NCBI GenBank assembly: GCA_945889005.1
Contig: CAMDBI010000015.1
Location: forward strand, 6,961-70,960
Length of the DNA stretch: 64,000 bases
Direction: 5' to 3'
Source: Bacteroides fragilis
GTDB lineage: Bacteria; Bacteroidota; Bacteroidia; Bacteroidales; DTGW01
Shown piece after piece: positions 50,313-60,167 of this stretch. The translations under genes and the position numbers were made by a program. Under the pieces are notes generated by a model. That model worked only from the letters and a program-made list of their open reading frames with translations, did no database searches and had not been told where the DNA came from. Numbering within the stretch: position 1 is the stretch's first letter; each line of letters starts with the position of its first letter.

Positions 50313-51095
50313 ATGCAGATGATAAAACGAAGAATACTATTTTTAACAATTTCGTTCATTATTGCTTTAATTACTGTTCTTTTTCTCAGAATAAACAACA
50401 ATAATTATCCGGTTGCAAAGGATATCTATATAGGAAATGAAAAATATAAATTACATTTCCCTGTTGAACATATTGGAAACAGTCATTGCCTTATCGAATT
50501 TCCCATAAATGACACATTGGTCAATGGTAAAATGCATTATCGCGACATAAGAAAAGACAAACAGTGGCAAACCATTAAAATGGTTCACATGAATCATCAA
50601 TTAAACTCACTACTTCCTGCAAAAACTCCAAACTCTAGAATAGTATATTACATAAGTTTAAACAAAGACGATGTTACTTACATATTATTTAAAGAAAAAC
50701 CGATTTTTCTCAATTATAAAATTGAAGTTCCAGACGTATTGTATTATTCTTTTTATATATTGGTTTTTATATGTATTTTTTTCTCCTGCTTCACCGGGTT
50801 TTATGCAGCATTTAACTTCTATGCATTGAAAAAATATACACTTATTACATTTTGGCTTTTTCTAATAACAGGTCTCGTTTTAGGACCATTAAACCAGCTC
50901 ATTGCTATACATTTCGATTTAAAAGCAATGCTTTATTCTTTTGACCTATTTATTATAAAAATATTTGCAGCCTTCTTGCTGTGGTGGATAGCTTATAGCT
51001 TATTCAAACGTTTTAATTTCAGGTGGGGAATTGTAGCAGCATCAATACTTACATTTATTATGTTATTAATACCTTATTCAGTTTTTGTGAAATAA
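50313..51095 (+). CDS. Membrane hypothetical protein
   Basis: N-terminal TM, soluble beta domain, four C-terminal TMs. Confidence 0.65.
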   Translation: MQMIKRRILFLTISFIIALITVLFLRINNNNYPVAKDIYIGNEKYKLHFPVEHIGNSHCLIEFPINDTLVNGKMHYRDIRKDKQWQTIKMVHMNHQLNSLLPAKTPNSRIVYYISLNKDDVTYILFKEKPIFLNYKIEVPDVLYYSFYILVFICIFFSCFTGFYAAFNFYALKKYTLITFWLFLITGLVLGPLNQLIAIHFDLKAMLYSFDLFIIKIFAAFLLWWIAYSLFKRFNFRWGIVAASILTFIMLLIPYSVFVK

Positions 51096-52004
51096 ACTAT
51101 TGGCAAATTTTTGTGAAATATAATTGTCGTAGCTAAGGCAAACATCGGTCGCAAATTCAATTCCAGATTCAATAAGCATTTTTATAGTTTGCTCTGAAAG
51201 TAATGCAAGCTCCGATTGTTTTATTTTTTCATTGTACAAAGCATAAATTATTCCGGCACTAAAATTATCACCTGCTCCTATCGTACTCACCGGTGATATT
51301 TTATGAGTTGGAACATATATCTTTTTTTCTTTAGAAATGAAATAAACCCCTTTATCGGCCATGGTATAAAACAAAAACGGACAGTATTTCGACACTTCTC
51401 TGAAAGCCTCATCAACTGTTGTAGCACCAAATATGAGCTTAAAATCTTCGTCGGAACCTTTAACGATACTTGCAAGACTAAAATTTTCTAAAATAATTGG
51501 ACGAAGCTTTTCCAGCTCGTGCAAATGAGCATTTCTATAGTTTGGATCGTAAATTATAAGTGCATTTAAATGTTTTGCAGCATCGACAAACGTAAAAACT
51601 TTTTCTCTGATTTCGTGTGCCAAGGAATAATATGATCCAAATAATAGAATATCGCCATCGTTTAAACTGGGAAATGCTTTGTTGAGCCTTGTTTGAGGAG
51701 TATCGCGGTAAAAATTATAACGAGCATTGTTTTTTTGATCCATCACAGCTATAGCTACAGTTGTTTTACCATCGGGAAAGCGGTAAACATCGTGCGTATT
51801 GACCGAGTTATCTTTCAAAACATGATCGATCATATTACCAATTTCATCGCAACCATATTCACTTATGAAATGAATAGGTAATCTAGCACGCCCCATCGAA
51901 ACAGCACTGTTGAGCATCGACCCGCCGGGACGACCAGTTTGCACTTGATTTTCTTTGAATATAATATCGTAAACCGTTTCGCCAATAGCATAAACCTGTC
52001 TCAT
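51078..52004 (-). CDS. PfkB-family carbohydrate kinase
   Basis: PGGS, YDPNYR, STIGAGDNF. Confidence 0.92.
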   Translation of the reverse strand: MRQVYAIGETVYDIIFKENQVQTGRPGGSMLNSAVSMGRARLPIHFISEYGCDEIGNMIDHVLKDNSVNTHDVYRFPDGKTTVAIAVMDQKNNARYNFYRDTPQTRLNKAFPSLNDGDILLFGSYYSLAHEIREKVFTFVDAAKHLNALIIYDPNYRNAHLHELEKLRPIILENFSLASIVKGSDEDFKLIFGATTVDEAFREVSKYCPFLFYTMADKGVYFISKEKKIYVPTHKISPVSTIGAGDNFSAGIIYALYNEKIKQSELALLSEQTIKMLIESGIEFATDVCLSYDNYISQKFANSLFHKN

Positions 52005-52005
52005 A

Positions 52006-52548
52006 CTATTTCACCAATTTCGAGATTGCTTTAAAAGTATCGGTTCCAGCTCGACGGGTAAGCTCAAAAAGAATAGATTCAGATGTTGTCAAAATTGCTC
52101 CTTCATGAATCATCCGTCTTAAGGCTATTTCCTTATCAGAAACCTTACGCGACGAAATACAATCTGTTACTACAACAGGAACATAACCGGCTTCTTTTAA
52201 ATCTAATACTGTCTGCAACACACATACATGCGATTCGATTCCACAAACAATTACATTTTTTCTACTCAACAAGTTTAATTTATCGACTACAACTGGCTCA
52301 TCGCAGCAACTAAAAGCTATTTTTTCGATCGATTCGAAAGTCGAAAAAAGTTCTTTAATTTCGTTCACTGTTTCGCCCAAACCCTTACGATACTGCTCTG
52401 TAACGACCATTGGAACGTCCAATGCTTTTAAACCATTGATTAATTTTATGGTATTGATTAAAAATTCTTCTTTGTTAGACATTGCAGGCAACAAACGTTC
52501 CTGAATATCAATAATTAAACCGACTGTGTTAATTTGTTCTATGCGCAT
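52006..52548 (-). CDS. Isochorismatase-family hydrolase
   Basis: IDIQERL, TEQY, GIESHVCVLQT. Confidence 0.92.
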   Translation of the reverse strand: MRIEQINTVGLIIDIQERLLPAMSNKEEFLINTIKLINGLKALDVPMVVTEQYRKGLGETVNEIKELFSTFESIEKIAFSCCDEPVVVDKLNLLSRKNVIVCGIESHVCVLQTVLDLKEAGYVPVVVTDCISSRKVSDKEIALRRMIHEGAILTTSESILFELTRRAGTDTFKAISKLVK

Positions 52549-52550
52549 AT

Positions 52551-52700
52551 ATTAGAAATTAGATAATAGACATTAGATGTTAGAAATTAGACAATAGACT
52601 TATAGATATTAGACAATAGACAAAATAACTTATGATTTGCTTGAACATTTGCATATTTGCACTTTTTCTCATTAGTAATTAGTAATTTGTCATTAGTAAT
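52551..52700. repeat. 7-8 bp tandem arrays between the SIS gene and the isochorismatase gene
   Basis: ATTAGA/ATAGAC-type units at 52551-52621 and CATTAGT-type units at 52670-52700. Confidence 0.85.
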
Positions 52701-53306
52701 TTATTTCATAGCTCTCGAACGTTCGCCCAAATATCCACCATGGTGTCGTTTGGCATAGTCTTCGGCTGTAAAACCAATCTTTTCCATAAGTAATACTACC
52801 AATATATCGCCAATTACGGTCATTGTGGTTGTCGATGTAGTTGGGGTCAATCCAAGTGCACAAACTTCTTTAGGATTACCTGTCGAAATTACCACATTGG
52901 CAAATTCTTTAAGTTCACCTTCCAGATTACTGGTAACAAGTATCATTGGAATATTATTTACCAACCTATCGGCCAAATGTACAAGATCGACAATTTCTTT
53001 TGTTTTACCCGAGTTTGAAATAAGAAACAACACATCGTTTTCCTGAAGTACGCCCAAATCGCCATGTTGGGCTTCACTCGGGTGCATAAATATGGCAGGA
53101 GTGCCTGTCGAACTAAATGTTGTAGCTATATTAACAGCTATTTGACCTGCTTTGCCCATTCCACTGGCAACCAGTTTACCTTTTTTTTGATGAACCTGAC
53201 TGTAAATAAGCTCCACCGCATTATCGAAAGTATCGTTTACAGGGATATTCAAGACAGCCTCCGCTTCGTGTTGCAACAATTGTTGAATTCTATTTATCGA
53301 CATCAT
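52701..53306 (-). CDS. SIS-domain sugar-phosphate isomerase (KdsD/GutQ-like, no CBS domains)
   Basis: GMGKAG, EAQHGDLG, SNSGKT, PTTSTT, HHGGYLG. Confidence 0.9.
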   Translation of the reverse strand: MMSINRIQQLLQHEAEAVLNIPVNDTFDNAVELIYSQVHQKKGKLVASGMGKAGQIAVNIATTFSSTGTPAIFMHPSEAQHGDLGVLQENDVLFLISNSGKTKEIVDLVHLADRLVNNIPMILVTSNLEGELKEFANVVISTGNPKEVCALGLTPTTSTTTMTVIGDILVVLLMEKIGFTAEDYAKRHHGGYLGERSRAMK

Positions 53307-53314
53307 AAGTTTAA

Positions 53315-54493
53315 TTATTCTGTAATCACTCCTGAGCCAATAAGCTCGTCGCCATTGTACCATGCAGCAAATTGACCTGCAGTAATGCTTCGCTGTGGCT
53401 GTTCAAAGTTAATAAAAAGCCCATTGGTCGTTTTCAGAAGAGTCGCCTCTTGTAAAGGCTGCCTATAACGGATCCTGACCATATATTCTTTGCTTTCCCC
53501 AATATTTAATTGTAAGTCAGAACGAATCCAATGAATATCGTTTTCTTCAATTTTTAATGCCTTTCGAAATAAACCCTGATGATCGTCGCCTTGACCGACA
53601 TACAATACATTGTTCGTAGTATCTGTACCTATTACATACAGGGGTTTTTCTTTGCCACCAATATTAATTCCCTTGCGCTGACCAATGGTATAATAGTGAG
53701 CACCTTTGTGCAAACCTACAAATTTACCTTTTTGTGTAATATATTCAAACGGTTTTGCCAATTCGTTTAAATCCGAAACATCGGCTTTTTGTTTATAACA
53801 ATCGGCATCTGCCATTATTTCGATTATTTTTCCTTGCAAAGGTTGCAATTTTTGTTGCAAAAAAGTAGGTAAATCGACCTTACCTACAAAACAAATACCT
53901 TGCGAGTCCTTTCGCTGAGCTGTAGGCAAGCCGAGTTGGTCGGCTATCTTCCGAACTTCAGGCTTTTCGAGGTGTCCGATAGGGAAAAGTGCTTTCGAAA
54001 GCTGCTGCTGCGATAGTTGACACAAAAAATAACTTTGATCTTTATTACCATCGACACCGGCAAGCAATCTGTATTTTCTTTTTCCATCTACAACAACTTC
54101 TTCGCAACGAGCATAATGCCCAGTTGCAATAAAATCGGCCCCAAGCTCGAAAGCTGCCTTGGCAAACACGTCGAATTTCACTTCTCTGTTACACAACACG
54201 TCGGGGTTGGGTGTTCGCCCTTTTTCATATTCGGCAAACATATAATCGACTACACGTTTGCGATAATGTTCACTAAGGTCGACAATTTGAAAAGGTATAT
54301 CGAGTTTTCGGGCAACCAGCTCGGCAAAAACCCGATCGTCCTCCCAAGGGCAATCGCCCGAAAGGGTACCGGTAGTGTCGTGCCAATTAATCATGAATAA
54401 TCCGGTAACGTCGTAGCCTTGCTGTTTGAGTAAATATGCTGCAACGCTAGAGTCGACACCTCCCGAAAGTCCGATTACTACTTTTTTGTTCAT
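53315..54493 (-). CDS. mnmA: tRNA 2-thiouridine synthase
   Basis: [39 protein letters not shown]. Confidence 0.97.
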   Translation of the reverse strand: MNKKVVIGLSGGVDSSVAAYLLKQQGYDVTGLFMINWHDTTGTLSGDCPWEDDRVFAELVARKLDIPFQIVDLSEHYRKRVVDYMFAEYEKGRTPNPDVLCNREVKFDVFAKAAFELGADFIATGHYARCEEVVVDGKRKYRLLAGVDGNKDQSYFLCQLSQQQLSKALFPIGHLEKPEVRKIADQLGLPTAQRKDSQGICFVGKVDLPTFLQQKLQPLQGKIIEIMADADCYKQKADVSDLNELAKPFEYITQKGKFVGLHKGAHYYTIGQRKGINIGGKEKPLYVIGTDTTNNVLYVGQGDDHQGLFRKALKIEENDIHWIRSDLQLNIGESKEYMVRIRYRQPLQEATLLKTTNGLFINFEQPQRSITAGQFAAWYNGDELIGSGVITE

Positions 54494-54549
54494 GCGACAA
54501 ATATAAAAACAATTATACGCTTATTTCAAAAAAGTATTTTTTGTGGTTT

Positions 54550-55992
54550 TTATTTTGGAAACTCTATCGTAAAAGTAGTTCCTACATTTACTTCACTTTC
54601 GACAGTAATTTGGCTGTCGTTCAATTTCAAAAACTCATTACAGATCATCAAACCCATGCCCGACCCAACCTCGTTATTAGTCCCACGTGTCGACTGAATT
54701 TTGACTGTTTTAAAAAGCATATTTATTGTTTCATTAGACATCCCAACGCCATCGTCTTTTATACTAAATACAATTTTTGAATCTTTTTCTATAGATTTCA
54801 ACCAAATAGAACCTCCAGCCGAAGTATATTTCAGAGCATTGTTAATCAAATTGCGAATTACTGTAATTATTAGATCTCTATCAACAAATATTTTGTGATT
54901 TATGTCAACTTCATTAACAATATAAATCTTTTTTTCAATAAAATTTGGAGTATACAAGTTAACTATCTCATCAACAATGTCGAATATTTTAACCTCTTTT
55001 TTTGAAACTTGTATTGAATTCATTTGAGTTTTAGACCATACCAAAAGGTTGTTGACAAACTTATTGAGGTTATCTGCTGAATTATAAAATGCATAAATAA
55101 ATTTTTTAACTTTATCGGGACTCATTTCCAAATATTTACTTTTCAAATACTCGGCCGAAACATATAGAGAACCAATAGGCCCTTTAAGGTCATGCGAAAC
55201 AATCGAAAAAAATTTCAGTTTAGTATTATTAGCCTCAATCAAACGTTCTTTTAAAACAGACGCAACCGACAAATTGTTGTTCAGTTCGTTGTTCAATTGC
55301 ATCAATTGTTCTTTTTGTTGTTCAATTTCCTCATTCGACGATTCCAATTGATCAATATATTCATTAATCCGTATCTCATATTTGTTATTAATCGATTGCA
55401 GATAATACAATACGGCATGAACAAAAACAAAAACAGTAAGAAATGCCATTTTATATTGCAACTGAAATTCCCGAAGAACTAGCAAATCTCCATAGGGTAA
55501 TTTGGAAAATGAAATAATTAGATTGTCGAGCACCAACACCAACACAATATAAAATATAACTATAAATACATAGATGTAATTTTTAATATCTGCTCTAAAC
55601 ACAATTGCTCCAGTAATCGAATACAATAGCAACATAATGGGCGAAAACCTGATTTCAGAATAAGTATAGGTTCCTAAAAATATAGGTAATACAACTGTAA
55701 TCAAAGCAGGAACAATAACCAGACTTATTCTTGTAATTAAATGCCAACTTTTATAAGAAAACCAAAAATTGAAACACCACATAAACATCATTACTATTAG
55801 CAACTGGTCGGTTAAAGTAAATTCAATACCATGAAAGAATTTAACAATGCCTGTAATAAACATGTTAAACCCAATCATTAATACCGAAATTAAATTAATT
55901 CTGTTGGCTAAAACAATTTGACGGTTATCAGCTTTTAGATTAGTATTATCTATACCTAAATAAGATACTTTTATCCAAAGTTTCTTCAACAT
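54550..55992 (-). CDS. Membrane sensor histidine kinase
   Basis: About six TMs; SHDLKGP H-box; NLINNALKY, DDGVG, GSGMGL. Confidence 0.93.
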   Translation of the reverse strand: MLKKLWIKVSYLGIDNTNLKADNRQIVLANRINLISVLMIGFNMFITGIVKFFHGIEFTLTDQLLIVMMFMWCFNFWFSYKSWHLITRISLVIVPALITVVLPIFLGTYTYSEIRFSPIMLLLYSITGAIVFRADIKNYIYVFIVIFYIVLVLVLDNLIISFSKLPYGDLLVLREFQLQYKMAFLTVFVFVHAVLYYLQSINNKYEIRINEYIDQLESSNEEIEQQKEQLMQLNNELNNNLSVASVLKERLIEANNTKLKFFSIVSHDLKGPIGSLYVSAEYLKSKYLEMSPDKVKKFIYAFYNSADNLNKFVNNLLVWSKTQMNSIQVSKKEVKIFDIVDEIVNLYTPNFIEKKIYIVNEVDINHKIFVDRDLIITVIRNLINNALKYTSAGGSIWLKSIEKDSKIVFSIKDDGVGMSNETINMLFKTVKIQSTRGTNNEVGSGMGLMICNEFLKLNDSQITVESEVNVGTTFTIEFPK

Positions 55993-56019
55993 ATACTTTA
56001 TTAAACTATTAATATATAT

Positions 56020-56394
56020 TTATTGGATATTCTCAGATAAAATCATAGTAAGTTTTTCAATAGAAAAAGGCTTGGTAAACACCATATCAAAGCCTGTTTC
56101 TTTGAAATCTTCAAAGAGCAATTTAGGATTGTAAGCCGTTAGAGCAATTACTTTTACTGTTTTTTTTGAAGTAGGTAAAGTATCGCGAATGGCTTTTATC
56201 GTCTCAAAACCGTTCATAACCGGCATTTCAATATCCATAAAAACACAATCAAAATCATTGGCTTGTATCAGTTCTAAGGCTTGTTTTCCATTTTCGGCTT
56301 CCATCGATAGATGACCTAACTTTCTGATCATTTCTTTTAAAATAAATCTATTGACAATAATATCATCAACTATTAATATATTAAGTATATTCAT
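56020..56394 (-). CDS. Single-domain response regulator
   Basis: IVDD, FMDIEMPVMNG, ALTA, KPF. Confidence 0.92.
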   Translation of the reverse strand: MNILNILIVDDIIVNRFILKEMIRKLGHLSMEAENGKQALELIQANDFDCVFMDIEMPVMNGFETIKAIRDTLPTSKKTVKVIALTAYNPKLLFEDFKETGFDMVFTKPFSIEKLTMILSENIQ

Positions 56395-56416
56395 ATTACA
56401 TTTTAATTTACAAATT

Positions 56417-57100
56417 CTAACCCAATTCGCTAAGAGTTTTCACGATCTTCATACTCTTAATTTCTATTTCATTTTCGTAAACTTCAATAATTTTATCGTT
56501 TTTAAATTCTGTTAAAGTTCTAATAAAACTTTCTTTTGTAGTACCAGCAAGCTCTGCAAGTTCCTTACGAGTCAACGGAAGCTCAAACCGTACTTTTTTA
56601 TATATAACTTCTGAGAAATACAACAAAACATCTGCAATACGACCAGGCAATTGCTTGTGAGTTTGTGCAATTAATCTATTAAATATATACAAACCCTTTG
56701 TACTAATATTACTTACCAATTTCTCGGCAAATTCTCCATTAGTCTTAATTAGATTTTTAAACGTATTTAGATCAACATATATAATTTCTGTAGGAACAAC
56801 AGCAGCCCCCGAATATTCGTGAATTTCGGAACCAAAAGTTGACATGAGTCCAATAAAAGTATTTTCGGTTGCAAGTTTCAATATAACAGTCTTTCCCATT
56901 CTACCTTCTTTATATATCTTCACCATCCCACTTTTTACAAACATTAAATGCGATGTTCGAGTATTTTGAAGAAAAATTGTGTCGCGCCGATTATAACGAA
57001 CTGTATTGCTATTTCTTTGAACAATAGCCAACTCTTCTTCACTTAAAAACGAGAAGAAATCAAAACCTTTTTCATTCAAATCAGTATGAAGACTATTCAT
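56417..57100 (-). CDS. Crp/Fnr-family transcriptional regulator
   Basis: cNMP-binding domain plus LTRKELAELAGTTKESFIR helix-turn-helix; no Cys residues. Confidence 0.92.
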   Translation of the reverse strand: MNSLHTDLNEKGFDFFSFLSEEELAIVQRNSNTVRYNRRDTIFLQNTRTSHLMFVKSGMVKIYKEGRMGKTVILKLATENTFIGLMSTFGSEIHEYSGAAVVPTEIIYVDLNTFKNLIKTNGEFAEKLVSNISTKGLYIFNRLIAQTHKQLPGRIADVLLYFSEVIYKKVRFELPLTRKELAELAGTTKESFIRTLTEFKNDKIIEVYENEIEIKSMKIVKTLSELG

Positions 57101-57184
57101 ATTTGCATTATAAAATTGTCTATTATATAAATTTAAATATTTTTTTCTAGAACAATGTTAAAGATAGGAAAAAAAATCACACAA

Positions 57185-57198
57185 ATGATTTAAATCAC
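57185..57198. promoter_or_regulatory. Candidate Crp/Fnr-type box
   Basis: ATGAT-TTAA-ATCAC, perfect TGAT-N4-ATCA core in the divergent intergenic region. Confidence 0.5.
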
Positions 57199-57278
57199 CA
57201 TTTTTTGGTATTTAATGTCACTTAGTATAATATTTGTAAAGTTTTCTTTTTTTTCTACATTTAATTTATAATATTGTA

Positions 57279-57671
57279 ATGCAATTAATGCAAACAATGG
57301 AAACAAAAAATAAGACAATTTTAGTCATAGACGATTCAACTACAAATGTAGTTTTACTTGAGGCAATATTTATTGAGAAGGGCTATTCAATAGACAAAGC
57401 ATTGAATGCAAAAGATGCATTTATGTTGATTGAAAAAAACACACCAGATTTAATACTTTTAGATTTATTAATGCCCCGATACAATGGATTTGATTTTCTG
57501 AAAGAAATTAAATCCAATAACAAAACTAACCAAATACCTGTAATTGTGATTTCAGCAGTAACAGATAATGATAATATAAAGAAAACAATGGAATTAGGTG
57601 CAAGTTATTTTTTAAAAAAACCTATCGACATACCCCATTTAGTAGAAATGGCTGAAAAAATTTTAAATTAA
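57279..57671 (+). CDS. Single-domain response regulator
   Basis: VIDDS, LLDLLMP, LKKP. Confidence 0.92.
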   Translation: MQLMQTMETKNKTILVIDDSTTNVVLLEAIFIEKGYSIDKALNAKDAFMLIEKNTPDLILLDLLMPRYNGFDFLKEIKSNNKTNQIPVIVISAVTDNDNIKKTMELGASYFLKKPIDIPHLVEMAEKILN

Positions 57672-57683
57672 CCTTTTTATTTA

Positions 57684-59450
57684 TTGAGAATGACCCAAGC
57701 AGAAAAGGAAAAAAACTACATAGACACTCTACTCAACGCCATCTCCACCAACGATGCCATTGAGGTATTCAATTTAATAGATCATAAAATCATTAAATTA
57801 CTTGAATGCTCTACCGAAGATTTCATGTTGTTAAATGCTGAATTTAAAAATTATTTTAAAGATTATAAACACATTAATACCACAGCAAAAAACCTATCTG
57901 AAACATTCTCTAAACTTCTCAATGAAGAAACAATTGGTAAAGTAGACGCTAATTTTGACAATATTGAAGATCAGATTAAATCTCATATAGAGGGCTTACA
58001 ATTTAACCTCTCAATAATTAATACACTTACCCAAAAACACACAAATAACTTTCTTTTAATAAATAATATTAAACAAAATTTTTCGAGTCTCAAATTATTG
58101 ATTGCAAGCTTAAAACTAGGCGACACATCAAACCCAACCACTTCATCTACAATCGATACATCTATAAACGAAATAAAACTGACAATATCTTTACTCGAAA
58201 ACCAAAATGAAAAATTAAAAATTCAATTATCAGAAATAGTATCGAGTCTTAAATCGTTTCAATTAAAAGACCAGCAATCGGCAATAGAATTGGCGCACAA
58301 TAGCTTTTTACAAATAAAAGAAATATCTGTAAAAGCACCATCAATTACAGAATTAATTAAAGAATTTTCAAGTTCTTGTTCAACACGAATCGAGAAAATA
58401 ATTACCAATCTACAATACAATGATATTATTCGACAAAAAATTGAGCATATTCAACGATCGCACAAAGACATACTATGCGAACTAAACAATCTGATTGAAA
58501 ACGAAGGAAAACTTAGTATAATCCATAACAAAGTAAAAGTATTTTTTAAAATACGTGATATTGCAGGTTTACAAGCTGCCCAATTACTACATGCCAATTT
58601 ACAATATCAATCTGCCATTTCAGAAATAAACAGCGACTTAGATCTTATTGGTTCTGAAATGATTTCAATATCAAAACAAAGTAACTTACTTTTTAGTAAT
58701 AATAGCGACAATTTGCCCATAAATGATTTTCAAAAATCGCTCAATTCAATTTTACAACTAGTAAATACCGATTTAAAAATCGATTCATCAAGTATCTCAA
58801 AGCTCCATCTATCAATAGACGAATTTAATGAACAAATAAACAATGCAGTAAAAGCTATCAACGATTTAGCGATTATTATTCTTAATTATGTAGATAATGT
58901 TAAGAAAAAAGAAATAAGCCAAACCGACAAGAACAATTTAGATCTAATTTCCAATCTTATTAAAGAAATAAACCTTGCGGTCGTTCAAGTACCCATCTCA
59001 GATGAACAAAAAATAATTGAATTAAAAGAATTTTCTTCAGGAATAAAAAAGAACCTAGACGAAACCATTCAATTTGTCAATAACCTAATAAAAGATACCC
59101 AACCTTTATATATTGAAGAAAAAAACTTAATAGTTGGTGTTAGTCTCGAATTGAAGAGCTCAATAAAAAGAGTTAAATATTATGAACTATTTGAAGAGGT
59201 CTGCGACGATATTATAGATAAATTAAACCAATTGAATTTAAAATTAAATTATGGTCGCGAAATCGAAAGTCCTATAACTCGAGAAGAAAATTTGGCAAAG
59301 CTCAAATCGAGATATACCATGGAGAGCGAACATTTAATCCACGACCATTTGGCAAACAATATTGTTGATGTTACACAGTCTGAAGCAACACTTTTAGGAT
59401 TAATTGAACAAAAAACAGACGAAGATGATGACAATTTAGAATTATTTTAA
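57684..59450 (+). CDS. Soluble coiled-coil, degenerate MCP-like chemosensory protein
   Basis: No TM; LQYNDIIRQKIEHI, RYTMESEHLIH and terminal DNLELF; located in a che cluster. Confidence 0.6.
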   Translation: MRMTQAEKEKNYIDTLLNAISTNDAIEVFNLIDHKIIKLLECSTEDFMLLNAEFKNYFKDYKHINTTAKNLSETFSKLLNEETIGKVDANFDNIEDQIKSHIEGLQFNLSIINTLTQKHTNNFLLINNIKQNFSSLKLLIASLKLGDTSNPTTSSTIDTSINEIKLTISLLENQNEKLKIQLSEIVSSLKSFQLKDQQSAIELAHNSFLQIKEISVKAPSITELIKEFSSSCSTRIEKIITNLQYNDIIRQKIEHIQRSHKDILCELNNLIENEGKLSIIHNKVKVFFKIRDIAGLQAAQLLHANLQYQSAISEINSDLDLIGSEMISISKQSNLLFSNNSDNLPINDFQKSLNSILQLVNTDLKIDSSSISKLHLSIDEFNEQINNAVKAINDLAIIILNYVDNVKKKEISQTDKNNLDLISNLIKEINLAVVQVPISDEQKIIELKEFSSGIKKNLDETIQFVNNLIKDTQPLYIEEKNLIVGVSLELKSSIKRVKYYELFEEVCDDIIDKLNQLNLKLNYGREIESPITREENLAKLKSRYTMESEHLIHDHLANNIVDVTQSEATLLGLIEQKTDEDDDNLELF

Positions 59451-59480
59451 TAACTTTAAATTGAAAATAAAAGAATACTA

Positions 59481-59783
59481 ATGGATAAAAAATTAACAAA
59501 AATATCGATCAATTCTGATAATGAAGAAGTTCATGTTGTCATAGAAAGAGATTTCTCTATCAACAACATAGAACAAGTAAAAGTAGAATTGACAGAAATA
59601 CTAAATAAACACGATAAAATTACATTAGAATTAAAAGAAATTGAAAATTTCGATTTAACATCGATACAATTGTTATATTCTTTAAAAAAGCTTGAAAAGA
59701 AAGAAATAAAGATCAAATCGAAAATAAAAGACGATTTGAATAATATATTAGTCAATTCAGGATTTAAAGAGCTTATAAATTAA
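59481..59783 (+). CDS. STAS-domain protein
   Basis: FDLTSIQLL STAS-type motif; directly upstream of cheY. Confidence 0.8.
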   Translation: MDKKLTKISINSDNEEVHVVIERDFSINNIEQVKVELTEILNKHDKITLELKEIENFDLTSIQLLYSLKKLEKKEIKIKSKIKDDLNNILVNSGFKELIN

Positions 59784-59801
59784 CAGTATAATAAAACAAC
59801 C

Positions 59802-60167
59802 ATGGCAAAAACAATTTTAATTGTAGACGACTCAGAAAGTATCAGAGAAGTAGTTAGTTTTACTTTAGAAAACGAAGGTTACAAGGTGCTTGTAGGAGTT
59901 GATGGTAAAGATGCCCTTAAGTTTTTAACAGGCGATGAGATAGATTTAGTCATTACAGACCTTCATATGCCTGTAATGGATGGTATCGAGCTTATTAAAG
60001 AAATTAGAGCATTAGATAAATATTCGCGAGTGCCCATATTATTTTTAACAACCGAATCGCAGGCAGCTAAAAAAATAGAAGCCAAAGAAGCTGGAGCAAC
60101 AGGATGGATTATCAAACCATTTGTTCCTGCAAAACTTATTGCAGCAATCAATAAAGTAATCCGTTAA
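59802..60167 (+). CDS. cheY: Chemotaxis response regulator
   Basis: ILIVDDS, TDLHMPVMDG, LTTES, GWIIKPF. Confidence 0.92.
   Translation: MAKTILIVDDSESIREVVSFTLENEGYKVLVGVDGKDALKFLTGDEIDLVITDLHMPVMDGIELIKEIRALDKYSRVPILFLTTESQAAKKIEAKEAGATGWIIKPFVPAKLIAAINKVIR

Noticed and set aside
56417-57100. True oxygen-sensing FNR
   Set aside because: Protein lacks the cysteines needed for a [4Fe-4S] cluster
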